DNA from: Verrucomicrobiota bacterium
Lineage (GTDB): Bacteria > Verrucomicrobiota > Verrucomicrobiia > Limisphaerales > JAFMIX01
Direction: 5' to 3'
Assembly: GCA_046050965.1 (NCBI GenBank)
Contig: JBJOPC010000339.1
Span: 1-26,485, forward strand
DNA: 26,485 bases
Shown here: in pieces, positions 26,284 to 26,485 of the stretch
Position numbering within the stretch: position 1 is the stretch's first letter
How the letters are laid out: every line of letters begins with the position of its first letter
Position numbers and translations under genes: made by a program
The notes under the pieces: generated by a model
Databases searched by the model: none
Told to the model about the DNA's origin: nothing
The model's input: only the letters and a program-made list of their open reading frames with translations

Positions 26284-26485
26284 CTTTTTTAGAGTAGAGG
26301 TCGTGTCAAGGCGATTCACTTGCCTAGTAGTGAAGCAATAGGTTATCGGCGTGTCCGCAGCTTGAATTTCCCTATTTAACCTATTGATTCCCCTTGGCCG
26401 TGCGTTCCGGGACAAAGAGGCTTTTGTAGCCTGTCGCCCGTAACCTCAATCCCGTTGGTATCAGCATCCGCGAACCCCAACGGGG

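Overview
High-GC bacterial chromosomal window. By eye it is roughly 60% GC, except for a lower-GC tail after ~25.4 kb. I support 23 protein-coding genes and one tRNA. Most leaders are A-rich and lack a clear Shine-Dalgarno sequence. That pattern, together with my recollection of protein similarities, would fit a Verrucomicrobia- or Bacteroidetes-like lineage; this is a weak inference only.

Gene order, start to end:
- dxr, 3' part only (+)
- an EVE/PUA-like::HNH nuclease fusion (+)
- a noncoding gap containing CCCTCTCCC/GGGAGAGGG palindromes and a 21-bp tandem array
- waaA/kdtA (-) and a small hypothetical gene (-)
- a secreted alpha/beta-hydrolase (+)
- xylB (-)
- rpsU (+) with a clean intrinsic terminator
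- a sugar-phosphate isomerase-like TIM-barrel protein (+)
- an ABC ATPase and an FtsX-type permease (+), split by a palindromic element
- a DUF4139/DUF4140 protein (-), pdxA (-) and a surA-like gene (-); surA-pdxA is a conserved pairing
- tRNA-Gly(GCC) (+)
- a likely operon (+): flotillin/SPFH protein, small zinc-ribbon protein, membrane protein, KimA-family K+ transporter
- a LuxE-family acyl-protein synthetase, a YafK/DpaA-family L,D-transpeptidase-like protein, an MFS transporter and a LuxC-family acyl-CoA reductase (+)
- queD (+)
- a lower-GC two-gene cassette (-): an unknown protein and a small HAD-like phosphatase

Three observations need a second look:
1. A family of 140-160 bp palindromic MITE-like elements (three full copies, one core-only copy). 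Each full copy sits between a stop codon and the next start codon and is built from helically phased CACAGATG-type words. Two copies have TA flanks.
2. Recurrent perfect heptanucleotide tandem repeats, 7 bp x 4-5 units. Three tracts lie inside the luxE-like coding sequence, one spans the MFS stop and luxC-like start, and one lies upstream of pdxA. Such tracts have hypermutable, frame-shifting potential.
3. The luxE-yafK-MFS-luxC cassette itself. It is a non-luminous fatty-acyl activation and reduction module joined to a cell-wall L,D-transpeptidase-like protein and an exporter, and I know of no described function for this arrangement.

No CRISPR array, rRNA, integrase or transposase gene was seen.
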